Shown: positions 59,880 through 64,000 of the stretch, in pieces
Layout: every line of letters begins with the position of its first letter
Position numbering within the stretch: position 1 is the first letter of the stretch
From: a virus
DNA length: 64,000 nt
Strand: one strand, 5' to 3'
Virus record (IMG/VR): IMGVR_UViG_3300030419_002087
Location: 32,001 to 96,000 of that record
Notes under the pieces: model-generated
What the model was told of the DNA's origin: nothing
What the model saw: the letters and a program-made list of their open reading frames with translations, nothing else
Database searches by the model: none
Translations under genes and position numbers: made by a program

Positions 59880-59947
59880 GTCAGAGAAATACTGACTGCG
59901 GTGATCCCCTTTGGTAGTTTCAGGATTAGCGGCGATAGGAAACTACC
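59880..59947 (+). ncRNA. candidate structured small RNA (hairpin plus pseudoknot)
   Basis: TGGTATAAT at 59865-59873; GTCAG/CTGAC hairpin; GGTAGTTTC/GAAACTACC stem whose loop GGATTA can pair with upstream TGATCC. Confidence 0.5.
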
Positions 59948-59979
59948 TACTAAATATAACAGGAGACCTGCTTTCTACC

Positions 59980-60147
59980 ATGCTCTGCAAAGTAAGAAAA
60001 TCACTCAAAGAATATCGTGAGTGGCAATTGAAAATGTACAATCGCTGGGAAGATACTCTGGAAGTAAGACTTGCAGGTATTAAGGCCGCGAGAGAAAAAC
60101 TTGAAGAACAAATGAGTAGAGATACTACTACCGAAGATAATGGCTAA
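59980..60147 (+). CDS. small coiled-coil hypothetical protein
   Basis: CTAAATA (59950) and AGGAG, ATG 59980. Confidence 0.6.
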   Translation: MLCKVRKSLKEYREWQLKMYNRWEDTLEVRLAGIKAAREKLEEQMSRDTTTEDNG

Positions 60148-60706
60148 CAACCCGCTTTTAAATCAAGTTGCTAATAGGAACTTTCTGTCTCCTATTGGTT
60201 TTAAGTTAAAGATACAGAAATGTCCAAAGGTAGATTTTCTTTCAATTGGATGTAATTTACCTGGCGTTACTTTAGGAAGTGCTGTACAATCAACATACCT
60301 AAAGGATATTGATGTACCTGGCGATAAATTAATTTATGAAGATTTTCGTGTAAATTTTATAGTTGATGAGAACTTAGAAAATTATAATCAGATCTATAAA
60401 TGGATAATGGGCCTTGGTTTTCCAGAGTCGCAACAACAATTTGTAGAACTAAAAACGGATGATAAGTATTATCCAGATGTATCAGATAAAGATAATCCCC
60501 TTGCAATGTATTCGGATGCAACCCTTCAAATTTTGAATAGTAACTATAGACCTCAATCTTATGTTAAAATAAAGGATGCATTTCCAACTAGTCTAACTGG
60601 ATTAGAATTCAATGCGACTGACACTACTGTAGAATATTTCACAGCGTCAGTTATGTTCAAATATAGAATATTTGAATTATTAGACCAAGATATGAAACCT
60701 ATGTAA
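60140..60706 (+). CDS. gp3: tail completion / tube terminator protein gp3
   Basis: NRNFLSPIGF, PGDKLIY..F...FIVDENLENY, SDATLQILNSN, FPTSL. Confidence 0.9.
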   Translation: MANNPLLNQVANRNFLSPIGFKLKIQKCPKVDFLSIGCNLPGVTLGSAVQSTYLKDIDVPGDKLIYEDFRVNFIVDENLENYNQIYKWIMGLGFPESQQQFVELKTDDKYYPDVSDKDNPLAMYSDATLQILNSNYRPQSYVKIKDAFPTSLTGLEFNATDTTVEYFTASVMFKYRIFELLDQDMKPM

Positions 60707-60709
60707 TTT

Positions 60710-61144
60710 ATGAACCTTGATACAATTCAGGATATGTGGTCAAAAGACTCTGTTATTGATCCTGATGAACTACACAATGCTTCGCTTGCCATTCCAAATT
60801 TACACTCTAAATACTTTCAGTTGTATAACGATCTGAAACTTCTAAGGGCTAAGGCCAAGAAGATACAACAATCGGTATATCACGAAAGGCATTTATATTA
60901 TTCAGGAAAGGCAGAACCAGATGTTTACGTCAAAGATCCTTTTCCCATAAAAGTGAGAGAGAAGGATGCGTTGCAAAGATATTTGGATGCTGATACGAGA
61001 CTGACTGATGCCGTACTCAAAGTAGAGTATTATGATGTGATGTTGAATTACCTTGAAGAAATAATCAAGACTATTCAAAACCGAACTTTTCAGATCAAAA
61101 ACGCAATTGATTGGCAAAAGTTCATCCGTGGATACGACAGTTAA
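60710..61144 (+). CDS. uvsY: recombination mediator UvsY
   Basis: W.KDS.ID...IPNLHSKY...YYSGKA...RTFQIKNAIDW.KF. Confidence 0.92.
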   Translation: MNLDTIQDMWSKDSVIDPDELHNASLAIPNLHSKYFQLYNDLKLLRAKAKKIQQSVYHERHLYYSGKAEPDVYVKDPFPIKVREKDALQRYLDADTRLTDAVLKVEYYDVMLNYLEEIIKTIQNRTFQIKNAIDWQKFIRGYDS

Positions 61145-62594
61145 AATCTCAAAAAAGAATGAAGCTTATCTGAAGATTCAAGCAGATCCCCATGTCTTCT
61201 ATGAATTATCAGATTATTTTACTTTCGATGTTCCAGGCGCAAAGTTCATGCCTCAGTATCGAAGTAAATACTGGGATGGTAAGATTAGATTATTTAACAC
61301 AGGCTCTGGTGAGATCTATGCTGGTCTAGTAGATAAAGTTGTTACTTTTCTAGACAGGCGTGGATATGAATATGAATTTGAACATAGTGAATACTATGGA
61401 AACCCCTATGAGGAGAACGAGATGGTTTCTCCCGAAGGGGTTTTTGATTATATGAATAAGATATCTAGTATTAAACCAAGACCTTATCAGGTAAAAGGTG
61501 TATATGATGCACTGAGACAAAACAGAAGGTTATTAGTATCTCCTACTGCTTCTGGTAAATCATTAATGATCTATACCATAGTTAGGTATATGATTGAGAA
61601 GGAAAATATTGTTTTATTAGTTGTTCCTACTACATCACTTGTAGAACAGATGTATAAGGACTTTAAAGAATATGGATGGAACTCAGAAAAATATTGTCAT
61701 AAAGTCTATTCTGGTAAAGAAAAATTTGATCCTAGGCCTGTAACTATTACAACTTGGCAATCTGTCTATAAATTAGATCGTAAATTCTTTTCAAGATATG
61801 ATTGTGTTATAGGTGATGAAGCACACCTATTTAAGTCAAAATCTTTAGTTAGTATCATGACAAAACTACGTGATGCAAAATATAGATTTGGTTTTACTGG
61901 TACATTGGATGGTACACAAACTCATAAGTGGGTACTAGAAGGTTTATTTGGCCCAACATATAAGATTATTAAGACTGATGAATTAATGGAAAAGGGTCAT
62001 CTTGCAAAGTTAGATATTAAAATTCTTTTATTAAAACATGATCCCCAGATGTTTGATACTTATGAAGATGAGGTTCAATTTATTATTCAAAATGAAAAAC
62101 GTAATAATTTTATTAAGAACCTTGCTTTAGATTTAAAAGGAAATAGTCTCATATTATACAGTAGAGTGGAATCACATGGAGCTGTATTATACGACTTAAT
62201 AAATAATTCCGTAACTGATCGAGAAGTATTTTTTGTTCACGGTGGTGTGGACGCTCAAGAAAGAGAACAGGTCAGAGAAATAACTGAAAAGGAAAACAAT
62301 GCAATTATCATCGCTAGCTACGGCACTTTTAGTACTGGGATTAACATTAAGCGGCTGCACAACGTCATCTTCGCCAGTCCCTCAAAGTCCAGAGTTAGAA
62401 ACCTCCAGTCCATTGGTAGAGTCCTTAGAAAGGGAACAAACAAAGTAAAAGCAATCTTATATGATATTGCCGATGACTGTACTAAAGGTTCTCGAAAAAA
62501 TTATACTTTAAATCATCTCATAGAGAGGGTTAAAATCTATAACGAAGAAAATTTTAATTATGAAATAATCCCTATACGAATGAATTCCTCATGA
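61128..62594 (+). CDS. uvsW: SF2 helicase UvsW
   Basis: WDGKIRLF, SPTASGKS, DEAH, GFTGT, QSIGRVLR; probable GTG start at 61128. Confidence 0.95.
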   Translation: MDTTVKISKKNEAYLKIQADPHVFYELSDYFTFDVPGAKFMPQYRSKYWDGKIRLFNTGSGEIYAGLVDKVVTFLDRRGYEYEFEHSEYYGNPYEENEMVSPEGVFDYMNKISSIKPRPYQVKGVYDALRQNRRLLVSPTASGKSLMIYTIVRYMIEKENIVLLVVPTTSLVEQMYKDFKEYGWNSEKYCHKVYSGKEKFDPRPVTITTWQSVYKLDRKFFSRYDCVIGDEAHLFKSKSLVSIMTKLRDAKYRFGFTGTLDGTQTHKWVLEGLFGPTYKIIKTDELMEKGHLAKLDIKILLLKHDPQMFDTYEDEVQFIIQNEKRNNFIKNLALDLKGNSLILYSRVESHGAVLYDLINNSVTDREVFFVHGGVDAQEREQVREITEKENNAIIIASYGTFSTGINIKRLHNVIFASPSKSRVRNLQSIGRVLRKGTNKVKAILYDIADDCTKGSRKNYTLNHLIERVKIYNEENFNYEIIPIRMNSS

Positions 62595-63004
62595 CAAAAG
62601 ATTCAGACACATATGCAATTATTAAATTAGTTAGTGGCGAAGAGTTATTTTCACAAGTAGCAGAGTTTTATGATGACGATATAAAGGCCATATTATTAAT
62701 GGATCCATGTACAATGAGACAAATCGCCTCTCGCCGGGGTGGTAAATCTTATTATAAAATTGATAAGTGGGTCAAATTATCCGATGAACAAGTCTACTGT
62801 GTTGAAATGAAACATATTATGTTCTACACTAGATGTATGGATACACACGTAATTAACACCTATAGGAAGTGGGTCAAAGCCATAAATAATGGAACGGAAG
62901 AACGGCAATACACGAAAGTTGGGGTATCTACATCAATGGGATATATATCTTCCGTCGAAAAGACTAGAGATTCTCTAGAAAAGCTTTTTAAAAAAGACAG
63001 CTAA
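62591..63004 (+). CDS. conserved hypothetical protein (IKLVSGEE, Sm-like type)
   Basis: typical position between uvsW and gp55. Confidence 0.75.
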   Translation: MTKDSDTYAIIKLVSGEELFSQVAEFYDDDIKAILLMDPCTMRQIASRRGGKSYYKIDKWVKLSDEQVYCVEMKHIMFYTRCMDTHVINTYRKWVKAINNGTEERQYTKVGVSTSMGYISSVEKTRDSLEKLFKKDS

Positions 63005-63051
63005 GTGTCCCTTGAACCCTAGCAGAGTTATTCTACTGATTTAATCGGAGC

Positions 63052-63080
63052 TTGTCAAGGCCCCGATTTATTGGTATAAT
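63052..63080 (+). promoter_or_regulatory. sigma70-type promoter for gp55
   Basis: TTGTCA-N17-TATAAT with TG extension. Confidence 0.75.
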
Positions 63081-63117
63081 GACTTATGGTTATGATGTTC
63101 AAGAAATGACTGTCCTA

Positions 63118-63594
63118 ATGGCTAAGAAAAGGCGATCAGAACATTACGTCAATAATAAAGAATTCCTTGCAGCTATTGTTGAATACAAGGTTGCGGTTAG
63201 GAAGGCCTTAGAGGCCGATCAACCAAAACCAAGGATTACTAATTATCTTGGCGAATGTTTTCTAAAGATTGCAACACATTTATCATATAAACCGAACTTT
63301 GTCAATTACATGTTCAAAGACGATATGGTATGTGATGGTATTGAAAACTGTGTCCAGTATATTAATAACTTTGACCCAGAGAAATCTTCTAATCCTTTTG
63401 CTTATTTTACTCAAATTATCCACTATGCTTTTTTAAGAAGGATACAAAAGGAAAAGAAACAATTAGAAATTAAAACAAAAATTATTGAAAGAACTGGATA
63501 TAGTGAAGTATTCAGTGATGATGGTAATTTCGCTGGTACAGAAAGTGATTATAATACCATTAAAGATAACATAAATTATCGTTATAATAATTGA
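63118..63594 (+). CDS. gp55: late-transcription sigma factor gp55
   Basis: HYVNNKEF, YLGECFLKIA, PNFVNY, NPFAYFTQI...AFLRRIQKEKKQ. Confidence 0.96.
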   Translation: MAKKRRSEHYVNNKEFLAAIVEYKVAVRKALEADQPKPRITNYLGECFLKIATHLSYKPNFVNYMFKDDMVCDGIENCVQYINNFDPEKSSNPFAYFTQIIHYAFLRRIQKEKKQLEIKTKIIERTGYSEVFSDDGNFAGTESDYNTIKDNINYRYNN

Positions 63595-64000
63595 TGTTCC
63601 CTGTAACAATTATTGACAATTTTTTCTCTGATCCAGATAAAATTGTTGAGATGGCTCGTTCTCAAAAATTTTATAAAACGGATGAAGGTCAATGGCCTGG
63701 AAAGAGAACTCGTGAAATATCTCAATGGAATACAGATTTTTTTCTTTTTACTGCTTTAAAAATTTTAAAAACTTTCTATGAAAGTCCAGTTGAAAGTATT
63801 GATATGTCAATGACTTTTCAATTGATAAAACCATTTAAAGAAGATAGGAATAAAGGATGGATTCATAGGGATAATGATATGCAGTTTGGTGGTTTAATTT
63901 ATCTAAACTCTACACCTGAACCAGATACAGGCACGACTTTATATGAGGAAAATGATGGTTATTCTTTGGTAGATAGAGAAACGAATAGTGTTAAAATAGA
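63594..64000 (+). CDS. partial putative 2OG-Fe(II) oxygenase-like protein (runs off the window)
   Basis: TGATG coupling; MFPVTIIDNFFSDPD...WPGKRT...GWIHRD...GLIYL...GTTLY. Confidence 0.7.
   Translation, partial: MFPVTIIDNFFSDPDKIVEMARSQKFYKTDEGQWPGKRTREISQWNTDFFLFTALKILKTFYESPVESIDMSMTFQLIKPFKEDRNKGWIHRDNDMQFGGLIYLNSTPEPDTGTTLYEENDGYSLVDRETNSVKI

Noticed and set aside
59848-59947. Downstream RNA as a tRNA-associated HDV-like (theta) ribozyme
   Set aside because: It is not flush with the tRNA 3' end, and I could not fit the P1-P2-P3-P1.1-P4 nested double pseudoknot.

Overview
AT-rich 64-kb segment of a T4-like marine cyanophage (cyanomyovirus, large-genome P-SSM2/S-SM2-like organisation by gene content and order). 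From left to right: a cluster of three 2OG-Fe(II) oxygenase-like genes; an ~850-bp non-coding region with a GC-rich core, several sigma70-type promoters and a repeated ~22-bp quasi-palindrome; cassettes of small early-type genes, each closed by an intrinsic terminator; a glycosyltransferase, ferredoxin (petF) and a SET-domain gene; then the late structural module (gp25, gp6, a 5188-aa gp7-position protein, gp8, a 2511-aa virion protein, a fibre, gp13-16, a variable gp16-gp17 island, gp17-23). It ends with gp3, uvsY, uvsW and gp55. Most notable observations: (1) after gp23, a class II aaRS catalytic-core-only gene sits 9 bp upstream of an atypical tRNA-Asn(GUU) with a long variable arm and U37, followed by a separately promoted candidate pseudoknot RNA; (2) a window-wide context rule in which every CCWGG/CCGG site seen lies inside GCC/GGC, suggesting an unseen DNA-modification system; (3) nested, circularly permuted Cys/His modules inside the giant baseplate protein; (4) a signal-peptide gene with no nearby ATG that overlaps its upstream neighbour in the -1 frame. 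All calls were made by eye from sequence motifs and synteny; no database searches were run.
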